From: a virus
IMG/VR virus record: IMGVR_UViG_2974643820_000001
Length of the DNA stretch: 64,000 nucleotides
Direction: 5' to 3' (one strand)
Shown: in pieces, positions 55,802 through 64,000 of the stretch
Numbering within the stretch: the stretch's first letter is position 1
Layout: every line of letters starts with the position of its first letter
Program-made: the position numbers and the translations under genes
Notes under the pieces: generated by a model
The model's database searches: none
Told to the model about the DNA's origin: nothing
Seen by the model: the letters and a program-made list of their open reading frames with translations, nothing else

Positions 55802-55868
55802 TGTCCTCAGTGCTGGGGGAATCTTTATTCCCCCTCACTAATTACAAGAAAATGTTGAGGACTTAATC

Positions 55869-57560
55869 ATGGCATTCGGTAATGGTGCATTCGGTAACGG
55901 GTTCTTCGGTCTGTTCGGTACTGGCGGGAAGATTGAAGCCCCAGTAGACACCGACAAGCTGGTAACGAACCAAGAAGAGAAGTTGCTTTCTAAAGCAACT
56001 GTTGTTGCGCTGGACGATGCTCAGGATGGTTCTATCATCTTGCAGGGCGGTGCCAACACATTCAATTTCGTAGGCGTTGAGAGTGAACTGCTCAGCGTCA
56101 AACAAGTCGTCGAAGAATACCAGTCTATGGCTCAGCAACCTGAGATCCGTAAGGCTGTCGACATCATCGTGAACGACGTCGTCACCTGTGAAGAGGATGA
56201 GACGCCAGTCACCATCAATCTAGAGAAGGTTGAGGGGATCAATGACGCTCTGAAAGAGAAGATCAGCGATGCCTTCAAGGAAGTTCTTGAACTCATGGAC
56301 TTCGACAACACCGCATACCAAAAGATCCGTCGCTGGTATGTAGAAGGTCGTCAGGCTTACCATGTTGTTGTTGATCCCAAGAACAAGAAGAATGGTATCG
56401 CCAAGCTGGTGATGCTGGACTCTCGTTGTATCCGGCCTGTGTATATCGTTCAGAAAGAACTTCGCGATGGCGTTGAAGTTATCAGCAATGTCAAACTTCA
56501 ATACTACTACAATCCGAATTACAACCGCAATCAGTTCACTGGCCAGTCTGGCACTTCACAGAACTTTCAGCCGTCTCAGCAAGAACTGGTGTTTGATGAA
56601 GAAAGCATTGTCTACATCGACAGCGGTGAAGATCCATTGGCCAATGGGGTTATCCCAGGCCTGCTGAACCCTGCTATCCGTCCCCTGAACAACCTCGTTA
56701 CAACTGAGGATGCGACGGTCATCTATGCCATCACACGTGCCCCTGAGAAGCGAGCGTTCTATCTCGACGTGGGTACTCTGGGCAAGAAGTCTGCGGAAGA
56801 GTATATGCAGGCGATGATGGGTAAGTTCAAGAACCGTCTGGCGTATGACCGCACCACTGGTAAAGTAGCAGGCAACACCCATCTGATGGGTATCGCTGAA
56901 GACTACTGGTTGCCACGCCGTGAAGGTCAGAACGCAACGGAGATATCCAACGTAGGTGGTGGCGATCAGCTGGGTCAAATGGATCACGTAGTATACTTCC
57001 GCGAGAAGCTCTATGAGGCTCTGATGATCCCTAAGAGCCGTCTCCAAGAGGAAGGTTCCATCAACATCGGCGGTTCCAATCTTGCTGAGATCACCCAGGA
57101 AGAACTGCGCTTCAACAAATTCTGTGCAGGCCTGCGTCGTCGTTATTCAGGATTCTTCCTTGAACTTCTTCGCCGTCAGCTGATCCTGAAGAACATCACC
57201 GACCAGACTGATTGGAACGAAAAGATCAAGCCGTTTGTCAAGTTCGAGTTCACTTCCGACAGCTTCATTCGTGAGCAGCAGGAAAACGAAATCCTGGCGC
57301 AACGCATGTCTGCTCTTGGCCAGATCGAACCGTACATTGGCACTCTATTCTCTATCGATTATGCTCAGCGCAATCTGCTGCGTATGTCTGACGAAGACAT
57401 CAAAGAACAGCAAGAGAAGATCGCGCAAGAGAAGAAAGACGGGAAATATCCTGAAGTGCAGGCAGATGAATCCGGCGGCTTCGGCGGCGGCGAAGTCAGC
57501 CCACTGAAATTCAGACCTAACGTCATCCCAGCGCCAATCCAGCCTGGTGGTGAAGAATAA
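55869..57560 (+). CDS. gp20: portal protein gp20, 563 aa
   Basis: RRWYVEGR; YAITRAPEKRAFYLDVG; EDYWLPRREG motifs. Confidence 0.96.
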   Translation: MAFGNGAFGNGFFGLFGTGGKIEAPVDTDKLVTNQEEKLLSKATVVALDDAQDGSIILQGGANTFNFVGVESELLSVKQVVEEYQSMAQQPEIRKAVDIIVNDVVTCEEDETPVTINLEKVEGINDALKEKISDAFKEVLELMDFDNTAYQKIRRWYVEGRQAYHVVVDPKNKKNGIAKLVMLDSRCIRPVYIVQKELRDGVEVISNVKLQYYYNPNYNRNQFTGQSGTSQNFQPSQQELVFDEESIVYIDSGEDPLANGVIPGLLNPAIRPLNNLVTTEDATVIYAITRAPEKRAFYLDVGTLGKKSAEEYMQAMMGKFKNRLAYDRTTGKVAGNTHLMGIAEDYWLPRREGQNATEISNVGGGDQLGQMDHVVYFREKLYEALMIPKSRLQEEGSINIGGSNLAEITQEELRFNKFCAGLRRRYSGFFLELLRRQLILKNITDQTDWNEKIKPFVKFEFTSDSFIREQQENEILAQRMSALGQIEPYIGTLFSIDYAQRNLLRMSDEDIKEQQEKIAQEKKDGKYPEVQADESGGFGGGEVSPLKFRPNVIPAPIQPGGEE

Positions 57561-57598
57561 TTCGACTAAGTATAGAAAACATTTGAGAGGATATGATC

Positions 57599-57766
57599 AT
57601 GGCCGCTATCGATCTGGTAAAAGCAATCATCGCTGGTGACACCGATGCTGCTGTTGCTGAATGTCAAACTGAACTGTCTGCTCGCGCCCAGGAACTCGTT
57701 CAACAGGGCACCGCATATGTCATGAACTCTCTGAGTCAAGACATGTCTCCTGCGAAAGACGAATAA
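57599..57766 (+). CDS. prohead core protein (gp67-like), 55 aa
   Basis: Read by hand (MAAIDLVKAIIAGDTDAAVAEC...); GAGAGG RBS; T4 gene order. Confidence 0.75.
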   Translation: MAAIDLVKAIIAGDTDAAVAECQTELSARAQELVQQGTAYVMNSLSQDMSPAKDE

Positions 57767-57776
57767 GGAGAGCATC

Positions 57777-58082
57777 ATGGAAATCGAAGAAGTTGCGACA
57801 TTCGCTGATTTCCTGGCTTCCCGCATGGACGAGCAGAAAGTCATTGACAAGGTGAATGCAAAAGGTAAACGCCGCCGCCGCCTGCAATGTGCTCCTGGTT
57901 TCAAATTGTCTGCAGATGGTTCTCGTTGTGAGGTTATGGTTGCCAGTGAGCGCCGTACTCGCAAGCTGGGCAACCGCAAGGCAATCCGAGCCAAGAAACG
58001 CATGGGCATGGGCTACAATCGCAAGATTGAGCGTCGTAAGAAGAAAGCGATGAAGTTCCGCAAAATGATGGGACTGAGTTAA
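57777..58082 (+). CDS. prohead core protein (gp68-like), 101 aa
   Basis: Basic C-terminus; T4 gene order. Confidence 0.8.
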   Translation: MEIEEVATFADFLASRMDEQKVIDKVNAKGKRRRRLQCAPGFKLSADGSRCEVMVASERRTRKLGNRKAIRAKKRMGMGYNRKIERRKKKAMKFRKMMGLS

Positions 58083-58089
58083 GGAGCGA

Positions 58090-58758
58090 ATGATGAAACT
58101 GTTGCGTGAGATCACGGCGATAGGGAAAGACCTCCAAATCGGTGAAAGCACCACCTCCACTGGGGGTAAGGCTATGTTCATCGAAGGTCCATTCGTGATG
58201 TGTAATCAGGTGAACCGTAATGGACGCAACTACGATCTCCAGAAAGTGGGCATGCCAGCTGTCGAAGCATATGACAAAGAGTATGTTCAAGATCGTCGCG
58301 CAATCGGTGAACTCAAACATCCCGACTACCCTTTCCCAGATATTGCTGAAGCTGCGCTGAAGACCGAGAGCCTCCGTTGGGAGGGCACGAACGCAATCGG
58401 TCGAGCGCGTGTGCTAAATACACCAAAAGGCCAGATCATTCGTGCTCTGGCTGAAGCAGACTTCAACTTGGCCGTGTCTACACGTGGCCTTGGTGAGACC
58501 AAGTCAGTAAACGGTTATGATGACGTTCAACCTGGCTTTATGCTCACTGCTGTTGATGCAGTCGACCGTCCTTCTGGACAAGTTTGTTATGTAAAGGCTG
58601 TGAGCGAATCTGTTGAATGGCAGCTTGATGAATCTTCAGGGATTTGGGTTCCTAAGGACATCAAAGGGCAAGTGGTCGATTCATTGGTGAAAACCAATAT
58701 TCAGTTCGAAGACGACTTCCTGCGCCGCCTCGATATCGCATTGAGACATCTGGGCTGA
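58090..58758 (+). CDS. gp21: prohead protease gp21
   Basis: NRNGRNY; AIGELKHP; VSTRGLG; DAVDRPS motifs. Confidence 0.95.
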   Translation: MMKLLREITAIGKDLQIGESTTSTGGKAMFIEGPFVMCNQVNRNGRNYDLQKVGMPAVEAYDKEYVQDRRAIGELKHPDYPFPDIAEAALKTESLRWEGTNAIGRARVLNTPKGQIIRALAEADFNLAVSTRGLGETKSVNGYDDVQPGFMLTAVDAVDRPSGQVCYVKAVSESVEWQLDESSGIWVPKDIKGQVVDSLVKTNIQFEDDFLRRLDIALRHLG

Positions 58759-58803
58759 ATTCAGCCTCACTAAATACTGAAAATCGTTCAGAAGGAAATA
58801 ATC

Positions 58804-59679
58804 ATGAAACCTGAATTGCAAAAACTGTTTGAGGGCGTTAACGGCCTCAGCACCGACTTCCTGGATAAAGTGTCCGGTCTGCTGGAATCTAAAGTAGAAG
58901 CCGCTCGCCTGACCGCTATTCAAGAAACCGAAAACGCTGCCAACGTTGAGCGCCTGCGTCTGGTTGAAGCTCATCAGTCTGAGATTGCTCAGCTGAAAGA
59001 GTCTCACTTGATGGAGATCGCAACCAAAGTTGACAGCTTCCTGAACGCTGTTGTAGAAGAGTGGGCTAACACCAACGCTCCTGCAATCGATGCTCAGATC
59101 AAGCGTGAAGCAGCTGAAAACCTGCTGACTGGCCTGACTGGCGTTCTGAAAGAAGCTGGTATCAACTTTGCGACTGACGAAAACGGCCAGATCGCTGCGC
59201 TGACTGCCCGCCTGACTGAAGCAGAACAACGTGCTGCGGCTGCTGAAAGCGAAAACCGTCAAATCAAAGAAGCCGCGAATGCAACTCTGCGCGACTCTGT
59301 GATCACCCGTATCTGTGAAGGTATGGTCGACACCAAGAAAGCAACGGTTGTCAATCTGCTGGAAGCGGTGCAGTTCACCACCGAAAGCGAATTCGCTTCC
59401 CGCGTACACACCTTCCGCAACCTGGTAGAAGGTAAGTCCGCGAAGAAAGAAGGCGATGACGATGACTTCCAGGACAAAGTCGGCGGCAAAGACGGTGACG
59501 ACGACAATAAAGACAAAGGCGACAAAGACAAAGTCGACGAAGGCAAAAAGCCTAAGAAAGAAGGCGATGACGACAAAGACGATGATAAAGACGATGAAGA
59601 TGAAACAGACAAAGAGCTGAAAGAATCTATCAAGCGTCAGTTGGAAGACTACAATCGTCGCTTCGGCATCAACGGCTAA
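58804..59679 (+). CDS. gp22: prohead scaffold gp22, 291 aa
   Basis: Helical, acidic linker; CTAAATA promoter at 58770-58776; T4 gene order. Confidence 0.9.
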   Translation: MKPELQKLFEGVNGLSTDFLDKVSGLLESKVEAARLTAIQETENAANVERLRLVEAHQSEIAQLKESHLMEIATKVDSFLNAVVEEWANTNAPAIDAQIKREAAENLLTGLTGVLKEAGINFATDENGQIAALTARLTEAEQRAAAAESENRQIKEAANATLRDSVITRICEGMVDTKKATVVNLLEAVQFTTESEFASRVHTFRNLVEGKSAKKEGDDDDFQDKVGGKDGDDDNKDKGDKDKVDEGKKPKKEGDDDKDDDKDDEDETDKELKESIKRQLEDYNRRFGING

Positions 59680-59770
59680 TTTTAGCAGCCACAGCCCTCG
59701 AAAGGGGGCTTGATTTTGAACTACTAAGTAATTTCAACTTAACTGAATATCAATGTAAGGAATGACCATC

Positions 59771-61093
59771 ATGGCTAAGAAACTTGTTACCGAACAAATG
59801 CGCGAGCAGTGGCTGCCAGTTCTTCAGAAAGAATCTGAAAGTATCCAGCCGCTTTCTGCCGAAAACGTTGCCGTCCGCCTGCTGCAAAACCAGGCTGAGT
59901 GGAACGCCAAAAACCTGGGCGAATCCGACGCTCCTGGTTCTGTAAACGCCTCTGTGGGCAAATGGCAGCCAGTCCTGATCGACATGGCTAAACGTCTGGC
60001 TCCGATCAACATCGCGATGGACTTCTTCGGTGTTCAGCCGCTGTCTGGTCCTGACGGTCAGATCTTTGCTCTGCGTGCTCGCCAGGGTATCGCCGACGGT
60101 TCCAACACCCAACAGTCCCGTAAAGAACTGTTCATGCAGGAAGCTGATTCTGGCTACTCTGGTGACGGTACTGTACAGGCTGGTGACCCATCTGGCTTTA
60201 CTCAGGCCGAGATCGAAGGTTCCGGCGCTGGCGTGACCACCATCGGTAAAGGCATGCCAACCACCGACGCTGAACTGCTGGGTACTACCACCAACCCTTG
60301 GGCGCGTGTTGGTATCACCGTTCAGAAAGCAACCGTGACTGCGAAGTCTCGCGGCCTGTACGCTGACTACAGCCACGAGCTGCGTCAGGACATGATGGCG
60401 ATCCACGGCGAAGACGTTGACAGCATCCTGTCCGACGTGATGGTAACTGAAATTCAGGCCGAGATGAACCGTGAGTTTATCCGCACCATGAACTTCAGCG
60501 CAGTACGCTTCAAAAAATTCGGCGCAAACGGCGTTGTAGACATCTCCACCGACATCTCCGGTCGTTGGGCGCTGGAAAAATGGAAGTACATGACTTTCAT
60601 GCTGGAAGTCGAAGCGAACGGCATCGGTGTTGACACCCGTCGTGGTAAAGGCAACCGTGTTCTGTGTTCTCCGAACGTAGCATCCGCTCTGGCGATGTCC
60701 GGCATGCTGGATTACGCTCCGGCACTGCAGGAAAACACCAAGCTGGCGATCGACCCAACTGGCCAGACCTTCGCTGGTGTTCTGTCTAACGGTATGCGTG
60801 TCTACATCGACCCGTATGCAGTAGCAGAGTACATCACCCTGGCATACAAAGGCGCGACCGCGCTGGATGCTGGTATCTTCTTCGCGCCGTATGTGCCGCT
60901 GGAAATGTACCGCACCCAGGGTGAAACCACCTTCAGCCCACGTATGGCGTTCAAAACTCGTTACGGCATCTGCGCGAACCCATTCGTACAGATCCCAGCG
61001 AACCAGGACCCACAGGTTTACGTGACTGCCGACGGTATCGCTCAGGACAGCAACCCTTACTTCCGTAAAGGTCTGATCAAAGGTCTGTTCTAA
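59771..61093 (+). CDS. gp23: major capsid protein gp23, 440 aa
   Basis: VQPLSGPDGQIFALR; TVTAKSRGLYADYS; FKTRYG motifs. Confidence 0.97.
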   Translation: MAKKLVTEQMREQWLPVLQKESESIQPLSAENVAVRLLQNQAEWNAKNLGESDAPGSVNASVGKWQPVLIDMAKRLAPINIAMDFFGVQPLSGPDGQIFALRARQGIADGSNTQQSRKELFMQEADSGYSGDGTVQAGDPSGFTQAEIEGSGAGVTTIGKGMPTTDAELLGTTTNPWARVGITVQKATVTAKSRGLYADYSHELRQDMMAIHGEDVDSILSDVMVTEIQAEMNREFIRTMNFSAVRFKKFGANGVVDISTDISGRWALEKWKYMTFMLEVEANGIGVDTRRGKGNRVLCSPNVASALAMSGMLDYAPALQENTKLAIDPTGQTFAGVLSNGMRVYIDPYAVAEYITLAYKGATALDAGIFFAPYVPLEMYRTQGETTFSPRMAFKTRYGICANPFVQIPANQDPQVYVTADGIAQDSNPYFRKGLIKGLF

Positions 61094-61112
61094 TCTAACA
61101 GACTGGTCCTAC

Positions 61113-61138
61113 AAAACCCCGCTTCGGCGGGGTTTTTC
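61113..61138 (+). terminator. strong terminator after MCP
   Basis: AAAACCCCGC-TTCG-GCGGGGTTTTT. Confidence 0.9.
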
Positions 61139-61161
61139 ATTATGGGGATTCGCTATATGAT
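61136..61161 (+). promoter_or_regulatory. TTCATT-N14-TATGAT promoter overlapping the MCP terminator U-tract
   Basis: Motif variant with exact 14-nt spacer. Confidence 0.55.
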
Positions 61162-61185
61162 GTGCCAAACTAATTGGAGGCCATC

Positions 61186-61410
61186 ATGATTGACAAAGAA
61201 ATAGACATCCGCGGCATAGAGCTGCAGGGCACCAAGAAATATATCGTCTCCATACTGGAAGACATAGACAAAGAAACAAGCGAAACCCGCAAAGGATTCG
61301 GGTGGCTGTTGCGATCTAAAGAATTGGAGAGTCTCCGCCTGTTCAGGCGAGTTGTCTGCATTATGCTTGACGACATCAATGAAAAGATCGCCAAGCACAT
61401 TCCGAGCTAA
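61186..61410 (+). CDS. hypothetical protein, 74 aa
   Basis: GGAGG RBS. Confidence 0.75.
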   Translation: MIDKEIDIRGIELQGTKKYIVSILEDIDKETSETRKGFGWLLRSKELESLRLFRRVVCIMLDDINEKIAKHIPS

Positions 61411-61443
61411 TTCCTTTATCGTGTCGATTTAATACCCGCGTTG

Positions 61444-61469
61444 TTCAATACACCCACCTGTTGTATGCT
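61444..61469 (+). promoter_or_regulatory. TTCAAT-N14-TATGCT promoter
   Basis: Consensus spacing. Confidence 0.7.
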
Positions 61470-61502
61470 TATACAGTCAACCATACAACAGGAGTACAAA
61501 TC

Positions 61503-61820
61503 ATGTCAAGTAACCTCGTAGCACCACCACAATCCGTGTCCCAAATCTTGGTCAATGCTCGTTCTCATAAAGAGCGTCTGTGCAACCTCCTCACCAATAT
61601 CAGAAACATCCGTATCCAACTCGACGGTGATTTCCCAACCCCTCAGAATGGGGACGACAAAGAAGTGGCCACGCCTGGTCTGGTTGGCAGGGTGATTGAC
61701 ATCCAGTCTGATCAGGACGATATTGTCGACGCTATCTTTACCCATCTGGATGTGATCCATGAAAAGTTGGGCAGTTCCTATCACCCAGATTGTGAAGATG
61801 AAAGAGACTCAGGCAATTAA
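61503..61820 (+). CDS. hypothetical protein, 105 aa
   Basis: AGGAG RBS. Confidence 0.8.
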   Translation: MSSNLVAPPQSVSQILVNARSHKERLCNLLTNIRNIRIQLDGDFPTPQNGDDKEVATPGLVGRVIDIQSDQDDIVDAIFTHLDVIHEKLGSSYHPDCEDERDSGN

Positions 61821-61877
61821 TCTAAGCCTTGGGGTGGATATATAATACATTCACCATATTCACCCCAGGAGTCTTGA

Positions 61878-62735
61878 ATGAAAAAGGCTATATTCATTTG
61901 TAACCTGACCGACATCATGGCAGAGCCGTGGCACAAAGCAGGTTACGAATGCTGGTTGTTCGATGCCCAACATCCTGAAGGTTGCCACAAAGGCGACGAT
62001 GGGATCTACAGAGTCGGTTGCTGGCTCAATACCCCCGAAGATATCTTCCGCCATACTGGGCGCGACAACATTGCGTTCGTCATGGGGTTCCCTGAATGTA
62101 CCCATCTCACTGTGACAGGATCGCGCTGGTTTGAATCCAAGCGTGAAGAGGATCCGTTGTTCCAAGAGAAGGCAATGGAACTGGTCTATCTGTGCCGCGA
62201 TGTTGGTGAGGCTGCAGGTTGCCCATGGGCGCTTGAGAACCCCGTCAGCGTGATCTCATCCTTCTGGAGACCATCCGACTTTCTTATCAACCCACATGAA
62301 TACGGTGCATACCTCCCTGAAGATGATGAGCACCCTCTGTATCCCAAGTACATCAAGCCCCGCGACGCATACACGAAGAAGACTTGTCTTTGGGTGGGCG
62401 GCGGTTTTAAACTGCCTGAGAAGAAGCCCGTGGGTCCAGATGGCACAGCCCTGGTTCATGGTCGCCATCCTGATCCTAAGCTGGCACACACTCTGCTGTA
62501 TCCTGAGGGGGAAGACAGGGCTGGCGAGCCGATGTATGACGAGCGCGGTTATCCGGACTGGAATTACAGTCTGCAGCACAGCAAGCTCGGCGGCAAGGAT
62601 ACATTCACCAAGAACGTCCGTTCTGCTACGCCTCGGGGATTTGCTCTGGCTGTGTTCATGGTTCACAACGGATTATGTCGCGAGCACGTAGAGGGAATTC
62701 GAAGCCGTAATCTGCTAGAGTTGCTCGGGAAGTAG
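61878..62735 (+). CDS. C5 DNA cytosine methyltransferase-like protein, 285 aa
   Basis: GFPECT (motif IV PC-like), WALENPV (motif VI), YTKKTCLW, RSATPRGFA. Confidence 0.75.
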   Translation: MKKAIFICNLTDIMAEPWHKAGYECWLFDAQHPEGCHKGDDGIYRVGCWLNTPEDIFRHTGRDNIAFVMGFPECTHLTVTGSRWFESKREEDPLFQEKAMELVYLCRDVGEAAGCPWALENPVSVISSFWRPSDFLINPHEYGAYLPEDDEHPLYPKYIKPRDAYTKKTCLWVGGGFKLPEKKPVGPDGTALVHGRHPDPKLAHTLLYPEGEDRAGEPMYDERGYPDWNYSLQHSKLGGKDTFTKNVRSATPRGFALAVFMVHNGLCREHVEGIRSRNLLELLGK

Positions 62736-62737
62736 TT

Positions 62738-62771
62738 TTCAATAACGGGGCGAGAGGTATTATTGCCCCGT
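62738..62771 (+). promoter_or_regulatory. TTCAAT-N14-TATTAT promoter with -10 in hairpin loop
   Basis: ACGGGGC/GCCCCGT flanks the -10. Confidence 0.75.
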
Positions 62772-62792
62772 CTACTATCCGAGGGCTGTGCC

Positions 62793-63017
62793 ATGTACCT
62801 GAAAAAGATCGTGAAGAAGCCGAAAGGCGATATTGTTGAAGTGTGCCTTGTTGAGGTTTATGTTGACTCCTGGAACAATGAGCAGCGTTACTTCATGGTC
62901 AACACATTGGTGTACGTGCCAGCCTCTCACCTGAACCGTGATTTCATCACACCAGAAAATATCGTCCGCTGGGAGATTGCAACGCAGTCCGACATCGACG
63001 AAGATCAAATTCTTTGA
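62793..63017 (+). CDS. hypothetical protein, 74 aa
   Basis: GAGGG RBS. Confidence 0.7.
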   Translation: MYLKKIVKKPKGDIVEVCLVEVYVDSWNNEQRYFMVNTLVYVPASHLNRDFITPENIVRWEIATQSDIDEDQIL

Positions 63018-63034
63018 ACTGAAGGATCTATATC

Positions 63035-63475
63035 ATGTCAAAAGAGAAATACATTTTCATCAGTCCGGCCACGAAGGAGTTCTTCATCTCCGAAGTGAAA
63101 GATCGTGTTGAGAAGTTCCGCTACATGCGCAGCTATGGCCTGGCGTCCGGTGAGATCGATTATCAGTCACTGGACAATGACCGCCAGGATCTGATCGACG
63201 ACGGCTGGCGTCTGGTCCCGTCCCCTCAGTACATCCACATCAAGTTGTACTACATGAAGGACAGCGGGAAGTATTATTCTGAAGGTGAACTCGTCCTCAA
63301 TCGTGGCGAAGCCGAAGCCGAACCCGCCAAGAACTGGATGTTGGCAATGGACCAGATCCGCGAACTGCTAGACTCTGGCAATCTGCCTGGCCTGATCAAG
63401 GGTTCGAAGTTCGACGTGTTCGTTACGGGTCAGGGTCATCCTGGCGGTTATCCACATCTGTTCCGTATTAACTGA
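63035..63475 (+). CDS. hypothetical protein, 146 aa
   Basis: GAAGGA RBS; leader nearly identical to 18233-18257. Confidence 0.85.
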   Translation: MSKEKYIFISPATKEFFISEVKDRVEKFRYMRSYGLASGEIDYQSLDNDRQDLIDDGWRLVPSPQYIHIKLYYMKDSGKYYSEGELVLNRGEAEAEPAKNWMLAMDQIRELLDSGNLPGLIKGSKFDVFVTGQGHPGGYPHLFRIN

Positions 63476-63483
63476 GGTTGATC

Positions 63484-63720
63484 ATGAGGATCAAAACTAT
63501 CGGCGCAAGCCCATTGGGTGGAACTATCTATCAGGGTACTCTCGACACAGTCAAGTCCATGTGGGTTGGCAACAAGACTGATATCACCGATGAGTGTGTT
63601 CGGGCTACCGCAGAGCACCTGAAGATCGTGAAGAAGGACTATTGCTTTCCGACCAAAGATGGCAAGTTCCTGGTCATGTCAGCTGAACTGCACGACACCC
63701 TTCCCGACCGCTTCAAATAA
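63484..63720 (+). CDS. hypothetical protein, 78 aa
   Basis: GAGG RBS. Confidence 0.75.
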   Translation: MRIKTIGASPLGGTIYQGTLDTVKSMWVGNKTDITDECVRATAEHLKIVKKDYCFPTKDGKFLVMSAELHDTLPDRFK

Positions 63721-63727
63721 ATTTTAA

Positions 63728-63826
63728 ATTTATTCAATAAACGGGGTTTACTTCTTCAATAAACCCCGTATACTTCATTCCATAAGCAGCACAACACTGA
63801 CTCTGAAATGAAGGAACTACACCATG
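63728..63826 (+). promoter_or_regulatory. early promoter cassette GTTTAC-N17-TATACT inside a 10-bp stem-loop
   Basis: ACGGGGTTTA/TAAACCCCGT IR; near-copy of 17587-17681. Confidence 0.8.
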
Positions 63827-64000
63827 AACAACATGCCAACCACCAAAACTGCTCTGGTAATCGATTCTCGCTTTATCGTTGAAGCATGGGCCAATAGCCA
63901 AAACTCTTATGTGTATTCCCTTTACGTCGGCGACACCTATATTTCTTGCCTCGGCATCGATGGTTCCGTGAATGAGCACGGCGTGAACGAGCGCTATACC
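63824..64000 (+). CDS. early hypothetical protein (partial; MNNMPTTKTALVIDSRF...)
   Basis: AAGGA RBS; open to the window end. Confidence 0.75.
   Translation, partial: MNNMPTTKTALVIDSRFIVEAWANSQNSYVYSLYVGDTYISCLGIDGSVNEHGVNERYT

Noticed and set aside
63734-63979. 81-aa minus-strand ORF
   Set aside because: Antisense to the early promoter cassette and the RBS-led plus-strand gene at 63824

Overview
This 64 kb window is from a T4-like myophage genome of the Ackermannviridae (ViI/CBA120-like) type. The assignment rests on rIIB/rIIA, a family B DNA polymerase, a four-tailspike cluster followed by VrlC, and a T4-order gp13-gp23 morphogenesis block. The left arm (mostly minus strand) carries rII, accessory genes, thymidine-hypermodification enzymes (amino acid:DNA transferase, P-loop kinase, PLP enzyme) and the polymerase. 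About 23.0-27.15 kb is a ~4.1 kb almost non-coding, minus-strand, helix-rich RNA locus. It holds three canonical tRNAs (Ser-GCT, Tyr-GTA, Asn-GTT), several CCA-ended non-canonical tRNA-like RNAs, two duplicated expression cassettes for small proteins with a T4-type capsid-targeting N-terminus, and ~1.9 kb of long helices. Within those helices is a tmRNA-like tag frame (AUAAAU-GCA AAC GAU..., ANDDVVLMAA**) with tmRNA-like flanking structure, the most striking observation. A third capsid-targeted protein has an H-Y-E ADP-ribosyltransferase-like fold. The right arm is structural (baseplate, TSP4-3-2-1, VrlC, neck, terminase with a mini-intein, sheath, tube, portal, protease, scaffold, MCP), followed by accessory genes including a C5 methyltransferase-like gene. 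Five genes, including the essential tail tube, are broken by a single missing base in a G/C run, most likely sequencing errors. All calls were made by eye, with no database searches or folding computations.
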